From positions 741 through 64,740 of the forward strand of contig PCXZ01000018.1 in assembly GCA_002762985.1 (NCBI GenBank): a DNA stretch of 64,000 nt, given 5' to 3'. The notes below the pieces were generated by a model that saw only the letters and a program-made list of their open reading frames with translations, did no database searches and was not told the origin of the DNA. Position 1 is the first letter of the stretch, and every line of letters starts with the position of its first letter. The stretch comes from Candidatus Woesearchaeota archaeon CG10_big_fil_rev_8_21_14_0_10_44_13 (GTDB lineage Archaea; Nanobdellota; Nanobdellia; Woesearchaeales; UBA12501). Positions 28,522 through 38,305 of the stretch are shown here, piece by piece. A program made the position numbers and the translations under genes.

Positions 28522-29649
28522 ATGAAACTGAGCCCATTCAACCTTTATCCGCATCTTCCGAAGAAGAACTGCAGGGAATGCGGGGAATCCACATGCCTGG
28601 CTTTCGCCGTGAAGCTGCTGAACAGGGAAGCAGAGCTTGAGAAATGCCCGCATGTCAATGATGAACAGAAATCAAAGCTTAAGGCCATGTTCGAGCCGCC
28701 TGTGAAAGAGATAAGATACAAAGGATATAAGATGGGGGGAGAAGAGGTGATTCACAGGCATGAGCTGACATTCCATAATCTTCCGCTAATTGCATCGAAA
28801 AACAGGCCGGATATATTTTTTGAGAGGGCTGGCAAGAGGATGTCTGTTGAGCTTAAAGAGGCTCAGGATGACATCGGCGGGATCATATGGTGCAAAGAGA
28901 AGGCAAGAGCAGATGAATCCATAGAGAAGGCAAAAAAGGATGATCTGCCCGTGATAATGAGGGTGAATTCGATAGAAGAGGCAAAATCATTCTCAACAAG
29001 ATATGACAAGATCATGGTTGAATTCCACGGCTCTCCTGCAGAGGTCTTCAGGAATCTCAAGGATTACAGGGAGAGGGCGATAAAGGGTGAGCAGGGATGC
29101 AATCTTCCGACGATGTTCCTGGCTGATGATGAGGCAGAAGCGGCTTATGCATTGATGAGGTATGCGAATATTGTCGTGATAAACAACGAGGAAAAGGAAT
29201 TCCTTGAGCCATTCATGTATCTGCGCCAGGCGATATTCTCTGACCCGAGGATCCCTGCAAAAGTGGATGCTATACTCTACAAGATAGGGACTCCTGATGA
29301 GAACAGCCCTATCTTCGTCGTAGGAAATTATGCCCTGACATATTACACTGTCTCAGGCGACATAAACTCCCAGAAGATAAACTCCTATCTCATCGCATTC
29401 GACACTGAGGGTTTGAGCGTCTGGACAGCAGTCGCTGCCAATAAGTTCCTCCCTTCAAAGATAAGAGAGGTAATTGAAAACTCAAGGCTTTCTGAGAGGG
29501 TGAAGAACAGGACTCTGGTCATCCCGGGCTTCGCAGCGCCCTTAAAGGGAGCGATTGCAGAGGAAACCGGATGGAAGGTGGTTGTAGGGCCTGAGGACAG
29601 CAGGGAGATAGGGAATTTTATAGAGGAGATGAAAAGAGAGAAGCAATGA
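28522..29649 (+). CDS. acsC: Corrinoid iron-sulfur protein large subunit (AcsC/CdhE family), shortened
   Basis: N-terminal C-x2-C-x4-C-x16-C [4Fe-4S] motif (CRECGESTC...C); 375 aa. Confidence 0.7.
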   Translation: MKLSPFNLYPHLPKKNCRECGESTCLAFAVKLLNREAELEKCPHVNDEQKSKLKAMFEPPVKEIRYKGYKMGGEEVIHRHELTFHNLPLIASKNRPDIFFERAGKRMSVELKEAQDDIGGIIWCKEKARADESIEKAKKDDLPVIMRVNSIEEAKSFSTRYDKIMVEFHGSPAEVFRNLKDYRERAIKGEQGCNLPTMFLADDEAEAAYALMRYANIVVINNEEKEFLEPFMYLRQAIFSDPRIPAKVDAILYKIGTPDENSPIFVVGNYALTYYTVSGDINSQKINSYLIAFDTEGLSVWTAVAANKFLPSKIREVIENSRLSERVKNRTLVIPGFAAPLKGAIAEETGWKVVVGPEDSREIGNFIEEMKREKQ

Positions 29650-29654
29650 TCATC

Positions 29655-30428
29655 TCAGTGCCTCAGCCAGAACAGGTCCATCATGATTATTTCTGTCAGG
29701 GATTTGACAAACTTATCAGGCTCAGCTTCTCCTGTGAAATCAAGGTCTCTTGTCCATTCGTCAGGGCAGGCTATGGTGAATCCTGCGCCTGCCCTTCTTG
29801 CCGAGATTATCCCTTTTGGGGAATCCTCTACAACGACACAGTCTTTTATGGGGACTTTTATGGCTTCTGCGCCTTTTAGATAGGGCTCAGGATGGGGCTT
29901 TGTATGTATCACATCTTCTTTGGCGATTATCAATGAGATATACCTCCTAAGGCCGGATATCTCCAAAGAGCTGCTGACACTTTGTCTGTAGCCTGTTGAG
30001 ACTGCTGCTGAGGGTATCAAAAGGGCAGCAAGATACTGGAGAAACTCGAGCGCCCCGTGCTTCCTATTGAGATTAGGAAGAAGATGGTTGATGAATATCT
30101 TCTCTCTTTCCCTCTTTGCGAACCCCAGGTCCAGCCTCTCGCCCAGGTCATCTCTTCCTTCAATCTTATTATCGTCCAGGATGCCCTGAGTCCCTTTTCC
30201 ATCCCCCTTAATCCAATAATCAATATGCGTCTGCTTGGTGATCGAAACGCCATATGCTGCGAAGAATATCTTGTTCTCTAGGTAATGCAGCGGTTCAGAA
30301 TCCACCAATGTGCCGTCTACATCAAGCAAAGCCCCTGCATATTCCCTTAAAGGGTTGAGCCTTTTTTCATGAGGCTCATGCTCTTCTGGCCCGGATTTTT
30401 TCAGTGGTACAGCATCTAATCCTATCAT
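29655..30428 (-). CDS. HAD-superfamily hydrolase (beta-phosphoglucomutase-like)
   Basis: LLDVDGTLVDSEP DxDGT motif. Confidence 0.7.
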   Translation of the reverse strand: MIGLDAVPLKKSGPEEHEPHEKRLNPLREYAGALLDVDGTLVDSEPLHYLENKIFFAAYGVSITKQTHIDYWIKGDGKGTQGILDDNKIEGRDDLGERLDLGFAKREREKIFINHLLPNLNRKHGALEFLQYLAALLIPSAAVSTGYRQSVSSSLEISGLRRYISLIIAKEDVIHTKPHPEPYLKGAEAIKVPIKDCVVVEDSPKGIISARRAGAGFTIACPDEWTRDLDFTGEAEPDKFVKSLTEIIMMDLFWLRH

Positions 30429-30541
30429 AAACTCGCCTGCATCCTGTTTACACGCTATTGTTTACACAATATTAATACAGTTTAGAACCTCTTTTAAAGC
30501 CATGAAAAGATAAGACTATAAAAATTTAACCTAATGCCTAT

Positions 30542-30865
30542 CTAATCCATCACCCTCAATATCTTCTCCTTGGACCTGAGCCCGTGCGCAATCCCTACTC
30601 TCTTCTTGAGAAGCCTCGAGAAGAATTTGATCACTTCCTTATTGGCCTTGTCCTTGTCAGCAGGAGCAGCTACATCCACTCTCAATGCGTTCCTTGCCTC
30701 ATCTATGCCGATTATCTTCGTCTCTTTTGCATTGGGCTTTACGATGATCCTGATCTGCTTCTCCTGGGAAAGTTTGCCTGCATCCATTTTATCGGTCTGA
30801 TGAAGGGATGTTGTCCAGCTATCGCTCAGCTGTAGTCCCTCCATGTATGCTTGCACTTCGTGCAC
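30542..30865 (-). CDS. DUF167 (YggU-like) protein
   Basis: IRIIVKPNAKETKI...LRVDVAAPADKDKANKEVIKF pattern; true start may be the internal Met near 30787. Confidence 0.55.
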   Translation of the reverse strand: MHEVQAYMEGLQLSDSWTTSLHQTDKMDAGKLSQEKQIRIIVKPNAKETKIIGIDEARNALRVDVAAPADKDKANKEVIKFFSRLLKKRVGIAHGLRSKEKILRVMD

Positions 30866-31149
30866 CTGAAGAATTTTGTCTCAGGCTCGTCGCTTGCGCG
30901 GGTCTGGACAAGCCAGAAGAACGCCTTTGTGTTGTGGCATTTGGGGCATTCTGCCTGCACTTCAGGCATTGACTCGAAATCTTCCCTGTCCACAACTTCG
31001 ACCTGCTTCTCTTTCGCGACGGTCTCCTTCAGCCTGGCCTGCGCAAGATCCTTGCTCTTGTAGCCGCAGGAGCATGCTAAAAGCTTCTTGTTATCTTCTC
31101 TTTTCGGCATCAATATTGCGCCGCATTTCGGACAAAACATTTTACGCAC
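30826..31149 (-). CDS. tfs: Transcription factor S / RNA polymerase subunit M
   Basis: N-terminal CPKCG..CSCG and C-terminal CPKCHN...RCTKCKHTW TFIIS-type zinc ribbons. Confidence 0.85.
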   Translation of the reverse strand: MRKMFCPKCGAILMPKREDNKKLLACSCGYKSKDLAQARLKETVAKEKQVEVVDREDFESMPEVQAECPKCHNTKAFFWLVQTRASDEPETKFFRCTKCKHTWRDYS

Positions 31150-31801
31150 CCCTCATACAGTGTATGAAACTATCCTTGCCTGTCACGCTGTTGATCAGGC
31201 ATACGAATGAGATCTTTATCCAACCGAGATAAGGCACCCTCAGGACGGCCTTGCCTACCACATCTTTCTGCGGTATCTTATACTCAAAAGGGAATGAGAT
31301 CGAATTATGGTCTCCTTTGGTCCTGTAGAAATAAAACCCGTCTTGGCTCTCAATGTACGTGACCCGGTGGATTATAGGCTCGGGCCTTATGTTGCTGTTG
31401 TAGACTATCACATCCCCTCTTCCCGCTGCGCCTGAAGTTATGCCTTTCAGGACCATTATATCCCCTTTGTTGAAACCATTCTTGAAATCATAAGTCAGGA
31501 ATTCCTCCTTGCTTATCCCTTCCATAGTGTACCATTCTGCCTGCGGACCCCACCACTCATTGAAATCGCCTTCATGCTCCATGCTGTTAGATATAACTGC
31601 GACAACAGGATGCGATGTGTTCAGCATCATCCCGAGCCCCGGGTAGATGACCCCTTTTATCAGTATAAAAGCGACAAGGATATTGATGACCCAGCTCAAG
31701 AAACTATCTTCCTCCCAGAAGAAATACCAGAACTTCCCCCAATACCTCTTTACCTTCTTTAAAAGGCTTTCAGGGCCTTTTGAGCCGTTTTTGTCAGCCA
31801 T
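31142..31801 (-). CDS. Signal peptidase I (archaeal Sec11-like)
   Basis: N-terminal TM and VISNSMEHEGD catalytic-Ser region. Confidence 0.55.
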   Translation of the reverse strand: MADKNGSKGPESLLKKVKRYWGKFWYFFWEEDSFLSWVINILVAFILIKGVIYPGLGMMLNTSHPVVAVISNSMEHEGDFNEWWGPQAEWYTMEGISKEEFLTYDFKNGFNKGDIMVLKGITSGAAGRGDVIVYNSNIRPEPIIHRVTYIESQDGFYFYRTKGDHNSISFPFEYKIPQKDVVGKAVLRVPYLGWIKISFVCLINSVTGKDSFIHCMRGA

Positions 31802-31894
31802 GAATGTTGCTGTAAATGGAGATATTATAAAGGTTGCGGTGAGGGGCCATAAAAAATCAAAAAGCTATATAAATACGCCCTATTTACTGCATTT

Positions 31895-32854
31895 ATGAAA
31901 TTCTGCCCAAAATGCGGAAGGAAGGGAATAGACGGTGTCTTGTGCAGGGACTGCTCTTCTGAGCAGAGCTCCATAAAGTTCAGGGAGATAAGGATAAAAT
32001 TCTGCATAGACTGCAAATCCTACCTGTTCAAGAACAAATGGGTGAAGGCGGATTCCATTGAAGAAGTGATCAAGAGGATTGCGAAGAAATCATTGAAGAG
32101 CAGGATAGCCGGCGAGATAATCCCTTTATTGCCCGAGATAGAATTCAAGCCGGGCATAAATTATGATTTCGAGGTGAAGATAAAAGTCTCGCCGAAAGAG
32201 AAATATTTCATCCCTGCACGGATAGAGATGACGACATGCCCTAAATGCAGCAAGAAAGGCACAAAATATTTTGAAGGTGTGCTCCAGCTGAGAAACCCGA
32301 ATGAAGAGGTGATAGGTTTCATAAGGAATGACATCAGGGGGCAGGCCGGGAAAGGAGTTTACATAACAAAAGAGGAAAGAGTGGAATACGGCAAGGGGGT
32401 TGATTTCTATATCACGTCGCAGAAATACCTGCAGACGCTCGGATTCAAGCTGCAGAAGAAATTCGGGGGGATAATGAAGGTGAACTCCAGGCTTTTCTCA
32501 AGGAACAAGCAGACGAGCAAGGATATATTCAGGGTGAATGTGCTTTTTGAGATGCTTGATTTCAAGGTGGGTGATGTCGTGCTTGTCGGGAACAAACCGA
32601 TCAAGGTGACAGACATAAGCAAGATAGCCACAGGGTATGACCTTGCCATGGAAAAAAAGACGAATTTTGAATACAAGAAGAAGGATTACAGGGTGCTTGA
32701 GAGGAAAAAGACGAGCGTGGTCAAGATATACCCTTCTGTGGAGGTCATGGATCCTGAGACCTACCAGAACCTGAAGACAGGCAACAGGAAAAATGTGAGC
32801 ATGGGGGATGAAGTCGAGGTTGTGATTGTCGAAGGGATTGCATATATGGTATGA
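31895..32854 (+). CDS. NMD3-family ribosome export/biogenesis protein
   Basis: CPKCG..C..C and C..C zinc clusters at the N-terminus; 319 aa. Confidence 0.75.
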   Translation: MKFCPKCGRKGIDGVLCRDCSSEQSSIKFREIRIKFCIDCKSYLFKNKWVKADSIEEVIKRIAKKSLKSRIAGEIIPLLPEIEFKPGINYDFEVKIKVSPKEKYFIPARIEMTTCPKCSKKGTKYFEGVLQLRNPNEEVIGFIRNDIRGQAGKGVYITKEERVEYGKGVDFYITSQKYLQTLGFKLQKKFGGIMKVNSRLFSRNKQTSKDIFRVNVLFEMLDFKVGDVVLVGNKPIKVTDISKIATGYDLAMEKKTNFEYKKKDYRVLERKKTSVVKIYPSVEVMDPETYQNLKTGNRKNVSMGDEVEVVIVEGIAYMV

Positions 32855-32985
32855 TTTTGGCATGATTATCTTTATTCTTATCCTTATTATGATTTATTGT
32901 CATCTATCCATACCCACATCATCAGCGGGATTAGGGGCATCAACAAAATATTTAAATACGCCTGGCATTTAACAGGATAAACGAG

Positions 32986-33936
32986 GTGAAATTCATGAGC
33001 AAAGTCGGTTCTATATTAGTAGTGGTTGTTTTAGCTGCGCTTTTGGTATTCATAGGATACAGGTACTCTGAGGATATAACAGGCGGCACTGTCAAGACGG
33101 CTGAAATAAAGTGTTTTGACACAGACAATGGCAAGGACCATTATCTCAAAGGGAATGTCACCCTGGGTTCTGATTTAAAAACCGATTTCTGCGCCGTAAG
33201 GCCTGGTGAAGTCGCCTCAAGGAATAACAAGGCAGGGGATCTGATGGAATATTATTGCAAGGATGACAAGACATATGATGTCCTGGCTTATGCATGCCCA
33301 AAAAGGTGCAAGGACGGCAAGTGCGTAATGCCTTTGTCAGATGAGTTTTTCATGCTTGACCCGATAGAGACTGCAGATAGGACATTAAAGCCGTGTGTTG
33401 ATTCTGACGGCGGGAAGGTGTATTCCAATAAGGGGGGATTGTCAGGCTCGACAATAGACCCAAAAACTGCAGAAGATGAATGCGTGCTGATGGGCGGGAA
33501 GAGCGTTGTTGCTGAGAGATACTGCTATTCGAAGGAGAGAGGCGCTTTTGAGTATTATGACTGCGCCAAGGAAGGGAAAGCGTGTGATAACGGCGCTTGC
33601 ATAGTTTTACAGCCGGTAATCGAATCAAGCAGCCTAAAATGGGCTTATGCTGTCCTGAATGACAATGTCATGACGAATGAGCCTGGCTGCACATACGGCG
33701 GAGAGGGCAATTTCCTTCCCACAACACAAGGTTATGTGAACATTGCGGCAGGACTGACACCGGCGCAGGACAGCTATAGAGGATATGTCGGCAAGACTAT
33801 CACAGAGTATTGCGACAAGGATGATATCACAATAAAATGGGAACTCTATTGTGACAGCCATGGCTATGCCCATATGGCCAAAGTAAAATGCGAAAATGTC
33901 TGCCAGCTCGGCGCATGTGATATGAGGGAGCGCTGA
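32986..33936 (+). CDS. Secreted Cys-rich protein with internal tandem duplication
   Basis: N-terminal TM/signal; two ~75-aa repeats each starting C.D(T/S)D.GK and holding 6 Cys. Confidence 0.5.
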   Translation: MKFMSKVGSILVVVVLAALLVFIGYRYSEDITGGTVKTAEIKCFDTDNGKDHYLKGNVTLGSDLKTDFCAVRPGEVASRNNKAGDLMEYYCKDDKTYDVLAYACPKRCKDGKCVMPLSDEFFMLDPIETADRTLKPCVDSDGGKVYSNKGGLSGSTIDPKTAEDECVLMGGKSVVAERYCYSKERGAFEYYDCAKEGKACDNGACIVLQPVIESSSLKWAYAVLNDNVMTNEPGCTYGGEGNFLPTTQGYVNIAAGLTPAQDSYRGYVGKTITEYCDKDDITIKWELYCDSHGYAHMAKVKCENVCQLGACDMRER

Positions 33937-33986
33937 ATTTTGTTTATTTTTATTATTCCTTTTTATTTTATATACAGGTGAGTTAT

Positions 33987-34154
33987 ATGTGGCCATTCAG
34001 GAGAAAGAAAATTAGTAAGGTTGATTACAGCAGGATTGCTGAAGAGGACAAGGAGCTTCTCACAGAGGATGACCTGGCGAAGTCTGATGCAGAATTCAGG
34101 GAGGAATCCGGGTTCATAATAACAAGATTATTGAATAGGTTCAAGAAATTGTAG
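33987..34154 (+). CDS. Possible 55-aa small protein
   Basis: GGTGA SD 7 nt upstream of the ATG; charged ORF. Confidence 0.3.
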   Translation: MWPFRRKKISKVDYSRIAEEDKELLTEDDLAKSDAEFREESGFIITRLLNRFKKL

Positions 34155-34237
34155 GGAGCTTTAATCAGGGGATAACCAGATTACTGTTTCTAAGGAACAT
34201 AAAAAAGAAAAAATATAAAAAAGAAAAAATAGATTAT

Positions 34238-35353
34238 TCAGTCAGACTCCTCTTCTGTCCGTGCAGTTATGCTGACAGCGCCGCCGACGTCGACATTCTC
34301 GTCATCCTCTTTATCGTCATCTTCCTGCTCGTCTTCCCTCTCTTCCTTGATTACGGGCTCCTGCGCATCTTCCTGTTCCTGCTCATCTTCGGCAGAGTCG
34401 TCGTCTTCCTCATTTTCAGAGGATTTCCTCTCTCTGGTCTCCTTGCCTTCCCTTACCTCAGCCTTGACCTGCGCCTTTATCTCTTTGCCCATCTCTGTCA
34501 CTTCTTCAGAGGATTTGCCTGTCTTTGCCTGTATGGCTATCTTGACCTTGTTCTTCTTCAGCTCGACTTTGACTTTTGCGTCACCGACTTCATTTCTTAG
34601 CTGATTGACGAGGGCAGCTATCTTCGCCTGCTGCTCTGCAGTCAACTGGAGCTTCTCTTCTGCTTTATCCTTTGCGTCTTCCATCTCCAATTCCTGCTCA
34701 TCAAGCTCATTCTCTATCTCAGTCTGCTCTTTGAGCTGCTCTTCAGGCGCATCGTCGCCGTCCATCTCCTCTACAGCCTGTTTGACATGACCGAGAGCTT
34801 TTCCATGCTCCTTTCTTGCTTTTTCGGCATCATCAAACTTCTTCTCAGCTATCATGGTCTTGACTTCCATAAGCCTTTCCCTTGCATTGGCCAGCCCTTT
34901 CTGGGCCTTTGCTGATTTGCCTAATGTCAATGCCAGGCTCACCCTTTCTATAGCCCTCTCAATCCCCCATAATACTGGCTGATCAGGTGTTATTCCTGCA
35001 TCTTCAACCTCTTCTGCTGTAACGACACCCGTCTCTACCGCATCAACTTCTACTATTTCGACTGTCTCTTCAGCAGGTGCTTCTGCAGGGGTTTCTGTTT
35101 CAGCTTCTGGCTGCTGCACAACAGTCACAGTTTCAACTGCTTCTGGACTATCAACTTCTGTTACGGCTGGCGCTTCAGTCGTTGCTGCATCTGTTGATAT
35201 CTCTGTCACTACAGGTGTGTCTGTTGCTGCAGAATCGTCAGCTAGTGCTGGATCTGCCGCAACTTGGCTTGTGTCTGCATCCTGTGCGAATGCCAGTGAG
35301 ACTACGCTCAATAGCATAAGCAAGGCCACAAAAAGACTTGCTATTTTTTTCAT
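34238..35353 (-). CDS. Secreted highly acidic protein with Thr/Ala/Glu/Pro-rich N-terminal region and poly-acidic C-terminal tail
   Basis: Signal peptide MKKIASLFVALLMLLSVVSLAFA; low-complexity acidic composition. Confidence 0.55.
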   Translation of the reverse strand: MKKIASLFVALLMLLSVVSLAFAQDADTSQVAADPALADDSAATDTPVVTEISTDAATTEAPAVTEVDSPEAVETVTVVQQPEAETETPAEAPAEETVEIVEVDAVETGVVTAEEVEDAGITPDQPVLWGIERAIERVSLALTLGKSAKAQKGLANARERLMEVKTMIAEKKFDDAEKARKEHGKALGHVKQAVEEMDGDDAPEEQLKEQTEIENELDEQELEMEDAKDKAEEKLQLTAEQQAKIAALVNQLRNEVGDAKVKVELKKNKVKIAIQAKTGKSSEEVTEMGKEIKAQVKAEVREGKETRERKSSENEEDDDSAEDEQEQEDAQEPVIKEEREDEQEDDDKEDDENVDVGGAVSITARTEEESD

Positions 35354-35501
35354 TTTTTCGCCTCCTTGGAATTTATACTTGTTTATGAACTTGTTTGTGA
35401 TTTGAACTTGTTCATGGTCATCTCAGCAATAGTCTATCTTAGCCATCGTTTTTTTGGTCCCTTCATTCCCAGTGGGTCCAGGGGGGGTTTTAATGTTAGT
35501 T

Positions 35502-35903
35502 TTACATGGTTTTATTAATATTGCTGTCATCTTTGCTGAGTCTGAGCTTATCTTCCAAAACAGCCATATCCTTTCTTAACAGATGTACGGAGTATTGCGC
35601 CAATGTCGAAGCGTCTATAGGTTCGCCGACTTCAGTCCGGAAGATAGTTTCGCTTGATATTCCCATTATGGGCAGCAATTGTGATCTGAGTATGCCATAA
35701 TGCTCTTTTAGGTCTAAAAGCATCAGAAGAGAGATGTCTTTCCTGCCTGCTGAGAGCAGTTCTCCTGCCATAGAAAGCTGGTTCATAGCATAACCCAGAT
35801 ATGAAAAATAATCCTTCTCGCCATTCAGCATTCCGCTTTGGTCCGGCATCCCCAGATATGCGAAAACAGATGTGAGGTTTTGTTCAGGTGTTTTTAGTTC
35901 CAT
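35502..35903 (-). CDS. Hypothetical protein
   Basis: 133-aa ORF. Confidence 0.4.
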   Translation of the reverse strand: MELKTPEQNLTSVFAYLGMPDQSGMLNGEKDYFSYLGYAMNQLSMAGELLSAGRKDISLLMLLDLKEHYGILRSQLLPIMGISSETIFRTEVGEPIDASTLAQYSVHLLRKDMAVLEDKLRLSKDDSNINKTM

Positions 35904-36226
35904 TTTAATCCATTGTTTTGGTTGTTTTTATTTGATTGTTTTTTATCAATGATTTTTTATTAATATTTTATCCCTGCTTTATCCTTGCTATGCCCTTGCT
36001 ATGCCTCTCCCTAAAATCAAAAAATGCTGGAGTGACAGTAATCGGACCCAGGCCACGGGTCATCATGATTTCCCAAAGGGGTTGGTTGTGTGGTGGCCAT
36101 CATCATAGCCTGAGCCCATCTTAAGTATCAGTTAGCGGCTAACTACTTATTTGTTATCTGAAGAACTCAGCCTTTATACGGTTTATCAAGGAAGAATAAG
36201 TGTTTTATAAGTTCAAATATGTTCAT

Positions 36227-37153
36227 TTACAGTTTTTTAAGGAAAACAAGGTTTTTCTTGCCTCTTTTCTCCTTATGGACGACATTTCGCTCTTCTAACT
36301 CCTTCAAAAGGCCGGAAAGCTTTGCTTTGGAAAATCCAGTTATAACCCTTAATGTGCCCTGTTCGCACTGGCCTTCCCTCTGCTTGAGTATATTGACAAC
36401 CTGCTCCTCATCCTCCTTAAGGTGTTTCTCAAGCATATCCTCCTTTTCGACGACTTTCTCGACAACCCTCTCCACGCTTGGCTTTCTCTTAAAAAGGAAT
36501 GCCACGAGAGCGATAAGAGCGATTATTATTATCCCTAGTGCCCAGATGAGGTAGCTGTTCCCTTTCTTCTCGATGAACCTGACAAAAAAGCTTTTCTCAT
36601 CGCCTTTGTTCAGGCCTGAATACCCCCATGCAAGATTGATCAAAAGGCCGTCTGTAGTGACTGCATCAGGCAGAGGATATGCCGGGCTTGTGCTGATGTC
36701 TGATTTAGGCAGTGGCTTCTCAAGCACGGAATTCTCCGGCAGCGTAAGCGTGACTTTAAGGTTATCCGCATCATAAGGCATCCTCATGCTCACTATGAAC
36801 TCCGACCTGTCGACAAATTCCCCAGTAACGTAGTTCAGCCTTATGCTCTTCGATGAATTGAGCCTTGCCCTTATCCTGCCATCTTCCACTTTTGATTCGA
36901 CAAATGCATTGTCGATGTAGAGTGAAGCTGTTTTTACATCGTCTGGCACATCCAGGAATATCTCGTTTGTTGCCTTCTCGCTGAAAAGCATCTCCTTGTC
37001 GACGACGACCTTGCCATAAGCCATATGGAAATTTATCGTATAGTTCTCAAGCGTCTCTGCTGATGAGAGCGATGGGGATAGAAGGACCAATGCAGATAAT
37101 ATGAATATGGCTGCAGCATCTGATATAGACGAGTGCGTATGAGATTTCCCCAT
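36227..37153 (-). CDS. Membrane-anchored protein with extracellular domain and cytoplasmic winged-helix domain
   Basis: Signal/TM, central TM LIWALGIIIIALIALVAFLF, C-terminal wHTH VVNILKQREGQCEQGTLRVITGFSKAKLSGLLKELEE. Confidence 0.5.
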   Translation of the reverse strand: MGKSHTHSSISDAAAIFILSALVLLSPSLSSAETLENYTINFHMAYGKVVVDKEMLFSEKATNEIFLDVPDDVKTASLYIDNAFVESKVEDGRIRARLNSSKSIRLNYVTGEFVDRSEFIVSMRMPYDADNLKVTLTLPENSVLEKPLPKSDISTSPAYPLPDAVTTDGLLINLAWGYSGLNKGDEKSFFVRFIEKKGNSYLIWALGIIIIALIALVAFLFKRKPSVERVVEKVVEKEDMLEKHLKEDEEQVVNILKQREGQCEQGTLRVITGFSKAKLSGLLKELEERNVVHKEKRGKKNLVFLKKL

Positions 37154-37227
37154 TTGAATGCATAAGCTAGCAAAATATTTAAATCTATCGGAAAGTGATA
37201 TGACAAAGAGAGGTTCATAGAGGTAAA

Positions 37228-38295
37228 ATGATAAGTATAGACGGCAATTATCTTGAAGGAGGGGGCCAGATCCTTAGGACGGCGCTGGCATTGTCCGCCA
37301 TAACGCAGAAACCTTTTGAGATATCTGACATAAGGAAGGGGAGATGCGAATCCGGGCTCAAGCACCAGCATATGTACTGCGTAAGGGCATTGAGTGAGCT
37401 GTGCGATGCAAAAGCCGATGGCGATGATGTAGGTTCTGAAACCCTGAAGTTCTTCCCGGGGAAGATAAAGCCGAAAACCATTGATATAGACATAGAGACG
37501 GCAGGCTCGATCACTCTTCTGCTGCAGTCCCTGCTTCTGCCATGTCTTTTTGCAGGAGGTAGGACAAGGCTCAGGATCACAGGCGGGACAGACGTAAGAT
37601 GGAGCATGCCCGTGGATTATTTCAGGAACGTGCTTCTTCCGCAGCTTCACAAATACGCAGAGATTGATTTTTCCCTTGCAAAAAGAGGGTATTACCCCAA
37701 AGGAAGCGGCAGAGTGGAGATTAACATAAAGCCGAAGTTCAATTTTGATGACAGGATGCAGGCAGATGACATCGTGCTGCTGGAACAGGGTGATATCATG
37801 CAGATCAAAGGGATAAGCCATGCCTCTTCTGACCTGCAGAAGGCAGAGGTGGCAGAAAGGCAGGCAATGTCTGCCCAGTCTATGCTTAAGCAGACAGGCT
37901 GCCCTGTTGACATAATCACTGAATATCATAACACGGCTTCGACAGGCTCGGGCATCGCCCTCTGGGCCATATTCTCAAAGAGCAAAGAAGGGGTTGATTT
38001 TGTCAATCCGATAAGGATAGGCGCGGATGCTTTGGGCGAGAGAGGCAAGAAGGCAGAAGAAGTGGGGAAGGAAGCTGCTGAGAGGCTGATCGGGGAGATA
38101 AGATCAAAGGCGCCTGTTGACGAGTATCTTGCGGATAATTTAATCCCTTTCATGGCGCTGTTCGGGCAGGACGGGATGTTCAAAGCAGCCAGGATAAGCA
38201 ATCACACGCTTACGAATATCTATGTTGTGGAAAAATTCCTTGATGTCAAGTTTGTAATCGATAAAGAGAACAATGTCATCTCAGTAAAAAAATAG
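37228..38295 (+). CDS. rtcA: RNA 3'-terminal phosphate cyclase
   Basis: LEGGGQILRTALALS hallmark motif; 355 aa. Confidence 0.85.
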   Translation: MISIDGNYLEGGGQILRTALALSAITQKPFEISDIRKGRCESGLKHQHMYCVRALSELCDAKADGDDVGSETLKFFPGKIKPKTIDIDIETAGSITLLLQSLLLPCLFAGGRTRLRITGGTDVRWSMPVDYFRNVLLPQLHKYAEIDFSLAKRGYYPKGSGRVEINIKPKFNFDDRMQADDIVLLEQGDIMQIKGISHASSDLQKAEVAERQAMSAQSMLKQTGCPVDIITEYHNTASTGSGIALWAIFSKSKEGVDFVNPIRIGADALGERGKKAEEVGKEAAERLIGEIRSKAPVDEYLADNLIPFMALFGQDGMFKAARISNHTLTNIYVVEKFLDVKFVIDKENNVISVKK

Positions 38296-38305
38296 ATCTA
38301 AGGAA

